A stretch of DNA of 64,000 nucleotides from Gnetum montanum (GCA_015680685.1 MNCI01002331.1:407264-471263), one strand, 5' to 3'. Numbered from the stretch's first letter, positions 25,165 through 38,212 are shown. The notes: generated by a model not told the origin, from the sequence alone. Numbers and translations: made by a program.

Positions 25165-27035
25165 TGTGGCTTGCAAGAAAGAAAGGCGAGGTCATAGTTA
25201 CACAATGAAGGAACTAAAATTGGCATTTTTAAGAATTAAAGTGGTCAAATTTGATTAAGTTTGATAATTTAAATAATAAAAATTATTCATTTTGATAACT
25301 TCTAAAGTTAATTTAGAGATGATGGGTAGGTGGAAATAGTGAGGGAAAGCTCAAGGTGGACCCAAGTTGGAAACAACTTGGTTTTAGGACTTCCTTTAGA
25401 TGATTCCATTTCAAAACTCTATTTCAAGAGCATTAGCTTGGGTCGCATGATTTGGGAATAAAAGATAAAGTAAATGTGAACTGAAACACTTTTAATCATT
25501 TGCAAGTTTGATTCCCTTGGAGCATTTCAAAGAAGAAACATGGTGATACATGGACAAAGAGCAACGTGAGGTAAAGAGGAAGGTTGAATAAACCGATGGA
25601 CACATAAATAGGACACCATGAATGCTAGGGAATAGGTAGAGGCAACACCAACAACATTGTGGTGAGTTTGCTTTTGCACCTTCTCTACTTTTTCTCTTTT
25701 TCGAAGCCCTATCCACACCAACACCAGGATGCCCAGCGGCGGTGTTTTGCAAGAGCAAAGGAGAAAGATGAAGATATTGTGATTTTGAAAGGCTAAAGAT
25801 TATGGATTTGGACCAAGACAATGCATGGTGAGAAGCCACATTGGTGGCGATGGGCCCTTTCACTTTGCATGCACTGCCCACCACCGTCGCTACGTGATGA
25901 TGGGATGGGATGTGAGGATTTACGTGAGGGGTCCAAATCCAATCCAATCGAAACAGTAAAGGATGACATGATGATGGATTACACAGTGCTGCCCCCTCTT
26001 TTTTGCTTTTCTGAAAATTTTCTTATTTATAAAAGGAATTCAAATTTTTAAGTTGGACGAAGGGGGAACAAACAGGGTGAATCTTACGCCCACAAGCAGT
26101 CCAAGTAGAAGTTAAGCATGCTCTATTTAATAATTTATTTTAGTTTAAATTTAGAAGTGAGAGGGAATGGGTCCAACAAATAACATGCGACAAGCTTCCC
26201 ACCAGCATGCAACCAATGTGTCCAAGCATGCACATAGCCTAGGGTTAGCAAAGCGTGGTTTTGCTGCTTTTTTTTGAAAAAAATTATTTGTAGATATATA
26301 ATTTAAAATATTTTAATTATAAACAACACCTTGGACTAAAACCATAGTAGTTGGCCTTGAGAACGTAGGATGTTAAGGCCCAATACATGATGTTGATGTA
26401 GCATTGTTTGCATGGGCTAGGAAAGAAAAATTGCCAAGGATAAGATGAGTGATGCTGGGTAGAAGGCACAAGGAAATGACTAAGTTTTGGGTAAGAGATG
26501 CAAGAAAATGGCTAACTTCTAGGTGGGTGACATGGTGCCACTGTTGCTAATGGGCATTAGTGTCACCTCACATTGCATTATATCACTTCGCTAAACTATT
26601 TCCAAGCCAAAAACTCAAAGTCTCACATTTTTAAAGAAACAACTTAGATTTAGGCTTCTTATGAGGATGATATTATCATAAATATGGCACTTACATACCT
26701 TGGTTTCAACTTGATATCTTGCTTTGTTAAACTTATTTAATCTCCTTGAATTTTATGTAACTTTATGTTCTAAGAGTTGGGACATGAATTAAACACTTAA
26801 CTTATCATGTTCATGAGTACTTAGTATTTTGAAATTTGATTTTTATATTTCATGTTTTAGCATGTTAAGACTACCTCTTACTTTTAGAATTTGTTATGTA
26901 GAGATGATGTGAGATCAAGGTTTCTAATTATTGATCCTATGTACTTTTTCAGTTTGCGATGTGTATTCCACTATTACAAACAAGTCAAGAAGGGTTAAAG
27001 TCATCTAAATTATGAATGATATCTCTTAGTATCCT

Positions 27036-27540
27036 ATGCAAATGTGGATGAAGTGACCTACGACACATTTTCTAGAGTTTTGCATGAAGAATTTCTACAT
27101 GTTGGTGTGAACCTTACTTTCATTGGGGATCGTTTCACATGTTTTGGAGGAGAGTAGCATGTGTATTAGCTCTTGGTTGTTGGGGTATGTGATTTAGTAT
27201 ATCATAGATATGATGATGATTGTGGATGATGACAGCAAGACTTAAGAGATCCAACATAAAGAGTTAGATTGCTTGCAAAGGGAATATTCCTACAAGTAGT
27301 TCAATGCAAATACAACCCTATTGTTGATCTTGTGTCATGTTAAGAATGTATTTAGTCTAGTAGAAATCCACATCATGGTGTTTAAGTGAGTTGACATGCA
27401 TTCATGTTTTTATGTTAGAATTTTCTCTATATGTGTTTGTAGGTTTGATGACCTTGACAAAGATGTTCCAATCTAGAGACACTAAAGAGGATATTTTGGG
27501 AGATTATCCATGAAGATAATTAGTTCTTGCTCATATTTGA
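27036..27540 (+). pseudogene. Decayed FCP1/NIF (HAD phosphatase-like) domain exons, antisense to the neighbouring Tat RT
   Basis: One frame 27036-27385 reads MQMWMK*PTTHFLEFCMKNFYMLV*TLL...HKELDCLQREYSYK*FNANTTLLL...MVFK. GT-AG intron 27386-27442, then FDDLDKDVPI. Matches the KRP..FL.FC...F...VW and K.L..L......NTLL motifs. Confidence 0.7.
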
Positions 27541-29539
27541 TCAATTCTCAGATAAGATGGAACAAGCTAGGAGTAATTGATAATATATTACTCTCTCAAA
27601 GGTTATCTTGGTTTACAAGCTCCATGAGAGGGATGATTTGGGTCTAAATAAAAAGGAACCTATGGGGTTTAGGATTTGCTTGAGGCCAAAAGATAGCTCA
27701 AAAAACATGCACTTAATTATTTATACTATGTTATAGTTAGATTCCTACATGATATTTTATGCAAGTTTGCTAGTGTTATAGATGTCATTGATGATGTTAT
27801 TCATAATTATTTTAGTTTTTTTTTTTTAATTTTTATGTTTTTTTTTATTTTCATGTTTGTGTTTTTCTATGTTTGGTTTGGTTTCTCAAGAAAAATTAAG
27901 ACATTTGCGGTGGTCTATAAAGAGTTGGAAATTGTGAAGAAGTGATCATTAAAAGCAAAGGTCCATAACATTTTGTCTATCCATAAGTGGTTGATGAGCA
28001 AGCAAGAGAGGAAGTAACGTCACATCTTCAAGTAGGTAGGATTGGTTCCACTCTTTACATTGAGATCTAATATTTCATGAATGGATGTGATTACCATGAT
28101 GAAATGTTATTTTAGCTAGCTGCATTTGTTCATATTCTAGGTGCAAGGAAAGAAGATGATTCTAGAATGGAACCAGTATTCATTACAATAATTATTTGGT
28201 TTTCCTTATGAAGGTTCCATTGTTGAGTACAACAAGAAGTTGTCCATAATAGAGATCTAGGAGATCAAGTAGTGGACACAATATGTAGGCAAAAACTAAA
28301 ATATCCTTAGTTGTGGAAATCAAGAATAAATTGAGGCCCACCATTTGTTCATCTAGAGGGTGTTCTATGGAAGGATTAGATAGAGGTGGGTTCCCTCTGC
28401 CTAGTAGCTAATAATTATTTATAACACATGAAAAGAGATTTTACTTATGATTGCAAAAGCCACTTGGATAAGAAGATGGATAAGGAGCTAAACAACATTA
28501 ATCTTGTTAATGGTTAAAATTCCAGCAATTCTATAAATTTCAACTTTTATTATGGGATGCTTTGGTGCATTGTAGATTTGTTGGCTTGTAGTGATCATGG
28601 AGAGGGGAAGATTCTTATTAAGAAGGATTTTTCATAATCATTGTACCAACACATCACCAACATCACAATGACCCTTCCATCTATCATGGAAAGAGCATTG
28701 GATGTTACATCCTCACTATAGGAGAATGTAGTTGAGTCCTTCATGGTAGATAACATGGTGTTACCCATGAAATGTTCTATGCATGGTAAGCTAGTGCAAG
28801 ATATGGAGATTATCAAGGGATGTACTATAGACATGTAGGATGGAGGAAAGGCTTCTAAGAAGATGTGGGTAGATGCAGTCAAAGCAGTTGATACCTATGA
28901 TTTAGAGAAGAAAAGATTTGATATGGAGGCTACCAAGGTGGTAGAGAGGCTAGAGGGAGGCTTTCATTATATTTAGAATCTACCATTGATTTTGGAATTT
29001 TTAAAATTTTTATTTTTAAATAATCAATTATTAATCATAAGCAAATATTATAAAAAATCATGTGATGATTAAGTTATTTCTAATAATGTTTTTTATACTT
29101 AATAATAAAATCACAACATAGCTTACATAGAGATTTATTTATGTGTTAAGATACATAGTATTATATTTACCTTTTTTTACCATATTTAATCACATTAAAA
29201 AATAATTCATATCATATCAACATAAAGATGTTACAAATATATTTTGAGTTACTTATTTAAGGATCATCACTTAGAGTCATAGTGCTCATAGCACTAAGCA
29301 AGGTCTAAATAAGGATCATCACCTTACCATCACTCTAAATAATGGTCCCTATTTTGAGTTACTTGTATATCCCTTGAAAATTCAATAGAATTAATATGAT
29401 CATATTAATGAATTTTTTTATCATTGCAACATATAGTTAGTACAAACAAATCTCAATTTGTATGTAATTCAAACTTATATGCAAACTTATACTTTCTTAT
29501 ATGCATTTTGATGCATATCCTATTTAGCCTCTTTCACAT

Positions 29540-31476
29540 TCCATCATAACATGTCTTTAGTTGTTAACTTTTCTTTTGTATTAAGTCTCACCTTTCTTTC
29601 ATCTCTTATTTTGTTTATCCATGTGTAAACCACTGAATTATTTCTCATTTTTCTAATCTCAATATCTTTTGGATTATATATCCATTCACAATCCAAGTAT
29701 TTTTTTTCTTTTACTCTTTTTTTAAGGAGGAGGGGTGTTGAAAACTTAAATAAGTAAAACATAGGTATACCCAAAGATATGTAGTCCATATAGAACTTTA
29801 TATAACTTAGTATTACCCATTGGAATTGATCCCATAACCAAGAGCTTCAAAATCAAGTTATCTTACCATTGGGCTAACCCCTCATTATTATTACTCTTGA
29901 TTTTGAATTGAAAGAATCCACTATTATATTACTTATCCTATATTTTCTAAATTTAATATTTCTAGCTCTACCTATCCATATAATATATACTTAATCTCCA
30001 TTCTCTAGCCTCATCAACAATATCATTCTATTTATAATATAAAAAAATTGGATTAAATGATCTCTTTGACTTTCTATTTCGTAAGCTACATTATGCATTT
30101 TCCTATTCCTCGACTTGAATTTCATCATTTTCCAATCCTAAACTCAGAATATCCTACTAAATAGTTCTTGGCTAGAAATTTTGTGTAATTGCATCTTGAC
30201 ATAATATCGTTTCATGAAAATCATGCATATTTTTTGTAATTTGTTTCTAGTAATTAATTATTTTATCATACTTAACCTTGTCATTTTCTTGAAGGCCTTC
30301 CATCACCTTATATCATGTCTTAATGGGGTATACAATGTAATTTATAATCATTGTTACGACTTCATTTGATCAAATCTTGTATCTAGGATCTTTGTTTCAT
30401 CTATAGGAAGATTTGGATGTTGATTTATAAATTCCTAGAGCTCAAATGGTTTAGACAAGTTTTTCCCCATAATATTTATTTTTCAAATCATTATAGGAAT
30501 ACCCTTCTCTAGGTGGAATCTAATATAATGAATATGATGTATTATGTAAAGATTTTTTACTTGATTTGATATATATCCCTCTAAGAATCCCCTAAAGTCA
30601 TATATCACACCAATGTAATATGAGGTGTAGTTACTTTCACTATTTTCACCGATAACATAATATATATTCATAAGTACTAGTAGAGAAATGATGTTGTTTT
30701 TTATTCATGATCATTGATAGTTTTCTAAAGCTCCAATCAATATCTTCATGTGTATGGCCTACAAGAAGGAAGCTCAACTTTGTAATCTTAAAAATTCTTC
30801 TTGTTATCAGTAAAAACAAATACATGAAAACATATTTATTCGTGTTATTTTCTTGATGGTTATTTATTTGTAGAAATTTTGTAGTAGGAAATTGATTAAA
30901 AAGACATTTTGAATTATTATCATGGGCATCATCTAATTGATACTATACTTCATGTCCCAATTCAGAATGATTAAGTAGTGTTGTAAGTGAACATCTTCTA
31001 AAATTACATTGTTTCATCATTATATCATCATACCTATCAACAAGATCATTATCTAAATCCTTTAAGTACTTTAACAGAGATGTGATATTAAATATAGAAT
31101 TCATCTAAGTGTAAAATAGACAAAAAATAACCAAACCTTCATATTCTAGTCCTTTAATCTAAATTCCTATATGAGAGATTTGGAATCTTTCTTTTCTAAG
31201 AAAATCCTTAGGCAAAATTAAAAACTATGATAATGATATTTTTTACTTATTCATTATATCATGAATGATGGTTAGATAATTATTAGGTTGTCTTGTAGCA
31301 AGATCCCTGTGAATGTGAATGCAATATATATTTTGACATACAATTACATAATCATAATGATTTTAAAGTTTCAATTATATTCTATCCCTTTTTAGAGGGT
31401 TCCTCATACATTTCTTTCTTTTGTCTAATGAATGATAGGTTCTACAAATTCATCAATAAAATGCATTGACTTATTT
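29540..31476 (-). pseudogene. C-terminal part of a Sola1-like/DUF7869-type DDE transposase (left boundary approximate)
   Basis: Minus-strand HRDLATRQPNNYLTIIHDIMNK (~31250-31310) and FLQINNHQENNTNKYVFMYLFLLITRRIF...SFLLVGHTHEDIDWSF (30725-30880), the LQLDN..ENKN...GHTHEDID signature. ORF 30483-30671 has IYDFRGFL...IRF. Confidence 0.75.
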
Positions 31477-31949
31477 CTAGCTTAGTTATATATTTATAAT
31501 ATATATCTATAAATTGGCCGAGAGAATCTTATTTGTTTACAAGTAAAAAGGTCTTTGAGTAAAAAATTTCACGACCTCTGGACAAAGAACAAGATTTAAA
31601 AACCCAAATTTTCATGTCTTCTGGACAAAGAACAAGAGTTTTATACCTTATTTTTCCTAAGGAAGGGTTTTCTAAATTTTTTTTTCATCAATTAGTGTAT
31701 GCTCTCACCCTTGGATAAATTTGTTATTTTTGATATATAATGCAAATTCAGCCAAGAGTGAGAGAATACACTAATTGATGGAAATTTTTGTTTTCAAAAA
31801 ACCCATCCTTAGGAAAAATAAGGTACAGAACTCTTTTTCTTCATCCAGAAGTCATGAAATTTTTTACTCAAAGAACTTTTTACTTGTAAACAAATAAGAT
31901 TCTCTTGACCAATTTATAGATATATATTATAAATATATAACTAAGCTAG
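31477..31949. repeat. 473-bp near-perfect foldback (long inverted repeat) bounded by CTAG
   Basis: The left arm ctagcttagttatatatttataatatatatctataaattggccgagagaatcttatttgtttacaagtaaaaag... is the reverse complement of the right arm. The centre is near 31730, with an extra ~45-bp duplication in the left arm. Confidence 0.95.
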
Positions 31950-32154
31950 TGATTGCCAGTTGTTTGCGGTAGGGATGATTTAAACATAACAAATAAAAAT
32001 ATTATAAGGCCATGGAATGTTATATTAAATGATTATAAACATGTTGTAGTACAACAAAAATGATCAATGTACAAACTTGTGTAATTGAAAATGTATAGTT
32101 ACAAATGTTCTGACATTCAAAATGGTAAAAATTAGTTGACAGAAAAGAATGAGA

Positions 32155-35100
32155 TCATTCTTCATTAGATTTAATGTGTTTCTCTTCATCCAATCTACTT
32201 TGAAGGTGTGAAGATTTAAATATCTTGATATATCTTTCTTTAGAGATCAGAGGGAATATCTTCAAACTGTCAATACTCCTCACTCGAGATAGTGCCACAA
32301 ATGTAAGACCTATTGTTTCTTTGCTACCAACATCTATACACACTTTCTCCAATGTCATTCCCTGTGACTTATGTATCGGTAAAGCCCATGCTAATCTAAG
32401 TGGTAGTTGGCAAGATCCTCCATGTATGATTGGTGGAATGGGTACTTGTCGAGGATGTTCATTATCATATGGTACTTCAATATAGGAGTCAAAGTCAATG
32501 ATGACATACAATGGCAACTTTGGAGGTTGACAGTGTGGACTATATATTATTTTCTTAGTGACTCCCAATGCACCATTAACCAATCCTACTTCTGGCCATA
32601 GATTAATAGTGAGCATAACCCTTGCATCCTCACAAATGAACACTACTCGGGCCAATTCTCCTTCTGAATCATCCAAAAATTTTACACCATTTGTCTTTCT
32701 ATCTCCTATGCACTGTGCAACTGGCTTTTGCATTTTGAGTAATATTTTTTTATTATGCATATGCACTTTATCCTTTGTATCAAACAAATGCATAGAATTC
32801 TCAAATCCATCTCACCCATGCGATGTTGATGGAAGTTGCATTCTCAAGCTTAAAAAGTCATAATCCTCATTAGTCATCTTTCATTCTCATATATTCATCA
32901 AAACCTCTCTAAATCTTTGTTGTGAATCATCACCCCTTTTTCAATACACAACATCCAAGGTTATAAATTTATTAAATGCCAACCACAAATTCTTCACATG
33001 CATTTGAGATGATATGTACGGTATAACATCTTTAACAAGTGGAAGTTGTGCAAGATCTCCAATGAGTATGATAGATCTACCACCAAAGTTATCTAAACGA
33101 TTATCTGGAAATATTTCCTTAAGCCTTTAGTCAATGTTGCTAAGAAATTTGCCACCTATGAAACTCATTTCATCTATAATAATATACTTTAAGTATTTGT
33201 ATTTATTTTTCAACAATGACAAAGTTGATGCAGCCAATGGTTTGTAATCTCCGATTCCAATCTTTAACGCAGAATGTACTGTAGTTGCATTAATATTATA
33301 TGTTGCAGCACCAGTAGGGGCGAGCACCAATAAGCTATTCTTTCCTGATGAGAAAGTTCAACTAAATTCTTTACGAATCGTATCAATGAGATATGATTTT
33401 CTTGTGCCTGCTATACCTTGAATAATCATCAATAGAGGAGAAACTTCATCCATTTCGAATTGTTGCATATATAGATGGCCAGTAATAATCTCATAGCATT
33501 TCATCTATTGAACTCCTAGAGAAGATATGTCCACCTGATTGTCGTTATTTCTTGAATGTGTTATTATCCCATGTGATCTATGACCATGAACAAAAGATGT
33601 AGCAATCTTTGCAACATCCTCTCCAGGATAGCTAGTTGACCATTCGTTTTGTCTATCTCGATCTATTAATCCAAGAATTTCGAGTTCACTTCGTTGAAAA
33701 TGAGCTAATGTAAGTAGATGTTGATTTAGTACATCAAAATCATATTCAATACCATCCTGTCTTTCTGGAATAATATCTTTATATTGCCTCTCTTCCTTGC
33801 AAGCACGTTCAAACTCTTCATCAAATATCTCCTCTTCCAATTCATAGATGTGTCGAATAGAAATCCATTTTCGTTCAATTTCTTCATCATTTCTTCCCAG
33901 ATTGTGTTTGACATCTCTAAAAGGATAGTGTAGTAACAGTTGCGCCCAACAGTAATCTATCGATTTCTTCTCTCCTACTCTTGGAGCTACTCTAAATTTT
34001 GGAAATGTTCTTACAATAACTGGTCATAGTCAAGGATTCCACACTAGTAGCTCTCTCTTCTTTGAGATAAAGGTAAAATATTTCATAGCATTCAACAATG
34101 AAAATCCTTCCATTTCTAGTGGTATCTTTTGATATGCATTGATAAGGGATGTATATGATTCTAGTTCCTCATCTCCATCTAGATCTGGTATAACTCTTTT
34201 ATACATATCTCTAGACACATTTATAGTATCAAATAGTCAACTACATTCAACTAATGGAAGTTCATATAGCATATGAAAAACCTCCATGGCACCTATGTCT
34301 CTATTAGCTGCAGCATCCATCATGAGTCTTTTGTATGTAGTCATTGCATTTTCTTTAGGGTTTCGAGATTCAGCAATACAAAGTAATAAATCATGAAAGC
34401 ATCTTGACTTATTTTCATATTTTTCTGCATATTTTGTAATATATTTAATAACAACATATTTGTTAAGGACCGGTTGAAAGTATATGTTTGCTCTCCATGT
34501 TTAAAGGATCATTCTATTATGAACATTCAACCTTAGATCATTTCGACGTGGTTCATATGTAACATGATTTTTGTTTTCTGGATCTTGAAAGAGATATGAT
34601 TGAGCTCACAATGGCCATGGAACATTATACCTAAGGTAATAAATTGAAGTTATAAAATTATTTTCCTAGATCCCATACATTCATGATGCAAATAAGAATC
34701 TAGGTATTCAGAGAAATATAATTGTACCTACAAACTTGCATATGATTTCGGATTCTTAAACATGCTCCTATCTTACATTGTGTGTGTCACTAAACTAAAT
34801 TTAAGAGCTCATCATAATCAATGTCAAGATCCATGAATTGCAGCTGTTGATTTTGAATTTCACATAGATGCCTGGGAGTATTAACACATTGCATCTACAA
34901 ATGAAAGATTTGTATAATTTTTATAATGGTTTTTTCAAATAACCTAAATAATTTTTTAACATTTAAAATAAATATTTAGAAATTCCAAACAACATACATC
35001 ATTGGATATTCCATCTTGATTGAATCTACTATTCCATGCATTTATTATTGCATCAAAAAACTCTCTCATCTTTCTACCTGCTTCTGGGTCATTCCAATCA

Positions 35101-37465
35101 AGTTCTTCTATGTTTGGAGCTCCCTTGATCCAAAGAAAGCCATGGACATGTGGTGATCCCCTATGTTGCCATTCATATCTTATCCAATAATCAACCACAT
35201 CAAATTCTTGAAATAAAATCATTTCTCGAAATATCTTATGTTGAAGATGCATAAACTCAGCAACTATATGTGAGTTCTTGATAATATTTTTCATTTTTCA
35301 CTCTCTTATCTCAAAAAAAATTTGTGGGGGTTCTGTAGGCATTATCTTATGTAGATTTTGCCAATAAAAATCTACTGCACTTAGAGTAAAAAAAAAAAAC
35401 AATTGGTGCACCCAACTCATTTATCAAATCAAACAACTACGCTTTGCATTTTCTCCAGTACAAAGGCGTTCCTCGTATTGTTGTTCTAAATCTCATCAAA
35501 TTATCTACAAAATTATCTGATGGTGCATTTTGTAGTCCTTCACATAAATCTTGGATTGTTAATGGTGCTTCTATAATATTTTTTTTGAAGAATACTGATG
35601 TTGATTTCAGTGCATGATGTCTTGTTATGATGTTATAAATGTGATACCTGAAAATGAAAATAAAATTCCTATGTAATTAGTTCATAAGATGTCAAAAACA
35701 TAAATGCTATTTAGCAATGTAAATGTAATTAATTTTTGATACCTAAATATTTTATGACGTCCAAATCTACCATCGTTATATCGAAGTAGATTTCTAGCAT
35801 ATTCATGTAACATGACATCCTTGGATCTTTTTGTAAGGAAGCCACATTTTCCATGTGGAAACAACGTTGGAAATGACATTGGAAGCATTCTAATTGTGTT
35901 GAACTCATTGATGGGTGACTTTAAAAGTGTTGGCCATTGTGCGTAATTTGAACTTTCAACAGTTGGATTTTCTAATCAAACTCTTACCAAATCAAGTTCT
36001 TTCCCTAGAAGAACTGGACATGATGCTACTGATGATGTGTTTCTAATAATATTTTCCTCCTTTAAATCAATCAAAGGACCATCAAACTATAATATCATCT
36101 CACCATCCTCCTTAGACAATCTAATATAATGAATCCTTTCAAAAATATTAACATCTCCTGTATCACTAACATCATTGAAAGCATGCTCATCTATTTCTAC
36201 ATCTTGATAGAATGGATCATTCTATTTCTTATACAATAAGGAAACATACACAAGCTTTTTATTTACAACAAAGTTATAGGTTGTTCCAATTTGATTAACT
36301 CATCTTAATATCAGCATTGGAATTTCATGAGTCCTCAAAGGTAGCCTAGTTGCAATTTCATATACATCTTGCATAAAACTGATGGTATGTCCTTTATATT
36401 GTAATTGACCTCCAATAGCATGCGTAACTTGTAAAATAGGATTAATTCGTGATATAAGAATTTCTTCAACTTCTGATAGTTCTAATAAGATTATTGGCTA
36501 GGGTTCTAGATCCATATTATTATCAGTAGAAAAATGCTTAATCTCTTCACCATCATGATTCAAGATCCCCATTACTTTTTCATTTGCACACCATGCACAT
36601 GTTGGACCAAATCTTTGTACAGGTTTCATTAACATACTTTAAAAACTTTCATTACAAATACCACATGATCGAGGAACACTAAACTTATCAACCTTGCTTG
36701 AAAATCTTGTTATTGCATGCATGATTTGTGTATTTGAGTTATGAAGATTTGGATAAGATACCTGATTGTTCATATGTTCAGAAGATATTTGTTGATGTTC
36801 CATTCACAATCTTGGTTGAGCCTGTTCCTAATCAAGTCTTGCAACTAAATCTAACATTTCTACCACTTCTGCTTATCTTTTTCATTGTCTAAAATGTTCT
36901 TGTCTGTCATGCCCTTGTGCATGCTTTCGTTCTATAGTAACAATCTCTATAGGATTTATATGTAATTCATCTTCAACCATCAAATCATCATTATCTGAAT
37001 ACATCTGACCAAATCCACGAACATGACCACGTCCATGACCACGACCATGACCATGTCCACAACCATGTCCTATATGTGAAATAACTTCTCGATGTAATTG
37101 AGACTGATGAACATTTTCATCAATAGGAATGACTGCTAAGTGATTTTTGTGTTCATCTATGCGTGCTCATCCTTGTCCTTGTCCACGTCCACGACCTCTT
37201 CCTCATCCTTGTCTGTGATTCCTTCCATTCTATGAAATATTACTATACAAAGTGACCTAATATATTTAGCTTTATTAAATCAAACATTAAATGAATTTCA
37301 TCTAAAACAAAAATTAAATTTCATCTACAAACCTCACTTCCTTCCACTTGTTGTTGCTGCATTTCTACTTGACGTGTTCTTTGATGTAAGTGATCTTGTT
37401 CCATTCTTTGTAACTCCAAAGGATCTTCCCCTTTCCAAGCTTTTCTTCTTCGATCTCTGAGACAT
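32155..37465 (-). pseudogene. RepHel gene (DUF6570-like N-terminus, HUH Rep, PIF1 helicase) with GT-AG introns
   Basis: ATG at 37465. EILISRINP...GGQLQYKGHTISF (~36380-36470), FPTLFPHG, RGTPLYW, YEWQHRGSPHVHGFLW, WRANIYFQPV..YITKY, APTGAAT, IIDEMSF, QLPLRLAWALPIHKSQGMTL, FVALSRV. Introns 37257-37332, 35648-35742, 34895-34997 and 34631-34727; two of these restore the conserved IFR/YH and VCR/YN junctions. Confidence 0.92.
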
Positions 37466-37515
37466 TGTTGTCTCGCTCAATTTAACTCATGCTCTCTATG
37501 ACTTGGCATGATCTG

Positions 37516-37526
37516 TATTTATAGGA
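37516..37526 (-). promoter_or_regulatory. TATA box of the RepHel gene
   Basis: cctataaata on the minus strand, ~55 bp upstream of the ATG at 37465. Confidence 0.55.
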
Positions 37527-37539
37527 ATGAGAATCACTC

Positions 37540-37790
37540 AACCTTTCTAAATGTATTACATAACCTTTCTAAACGTATTTCTATTTTTCAATGGATGTAA
37601 CCTTTCTAAATGTATTTGTATTTTTCAATGGATGTAACCTTTCATAACACGTCAGCGTTAGTCAGCTTTATGGACAAAGTTGACATTACCGAAATATGAC
37701 TGGTAATGGCCTCTTGGGAAAGTCAACATTAGTCAGCGTTATGGACAAAGTTGGCGTTACCGAAATATGACTGGTAATGGCCTCTCGGCC
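37540..37790. repeat. Two tandem-repeat arrays in the Helitron 5' region (~37-bp and ~71-bp units)
   Basis: taacctttctaaa(c/t)gtattt(c/g)tatttttcaatggatg x2 plus partial copies, and tagtcagc.ttatggacaaagttg.c.ttaccgaaatatgactggtaatggcctct x2. Confidence 0.9.
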
Positions 37791-37794
37791 AAAT

Positions 37795-38212
37795 CATAGG
37801 GAATGTTCTAATTGATTCAAATGTTTCATTTTTCATTACCTATCTACATTTTGATGGTGATTAGTGAACCATCTCATCAAATATCCTCTTAAGAGTCATT
37901 ATAGTTGCAATCTTACTAGATTGTAACTTTATCTTTCATGTGTTTCCATGCTCAAAGAATACATGTCCTTCCATAAGATTACATAAGTGATAATAGAATG
38001 TACTACTTGGAATCCCATGAATTGTATGTCAAGCCTTCTTATAAATCTTAACTTTAAATATTTTATTGTTTTTACAACATGATTATCATTGCAGTTACAT
38101 AATTCAATTTAAACTCATGCATAGTACATGAGCTTCACTCATTGGAGTTTGTTATCAACATCATTTACCAAGTCCTTCTAATATCATCCACTACAATACT
38201 TTACATACAGTC
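37795..38212 (-). pseudogene. N-terminal part of the same Sola1-like transposase
   Basis: Minus-strand IYKKA*HTIHGIPSSTFYYH...EGHVFFEHGNT*K...IMTLKRIFDEMVH*SP matches the VC..AW..IHGI...FY...HGN.G...GD.MP N-terminal pattern of this family. Confidence 0.7.

Larger units (their letters stand above)
31477..37793 (-). mobile_element. Helitron2/Helentron-type rolling-circle element
   Basis: RepHel gene. 11-bp inverted repeat ttggccgagag at 37782-37792 (terminal) and 31514-31524 (subterminal). Flanked on both sides by the two halves of one transposase. Confidence 0.78.

Noticed and set aside
25492-25947. 151-aa minus-strand ORF
   Set aside because: No ATG start, no recognisable domain, and low-complexity composition. 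It lies in the spacer between RT and the antisense gene.
26920-26952. Possible intron upstream of the second FCP1-like exon
   Set aside because: Only 33 bp, too short for a plant intron, so the motif I exon of this copy could not be placed.
31946-31975. Canonical Helitron 3' end (hairpin + CTAG) at the inner edge of the foldback
   Set aside because: The hairpin is poor, the CTAG is not followed by T, and no matching A|TC 5' end was identified. The asymmetric IR model fits better.
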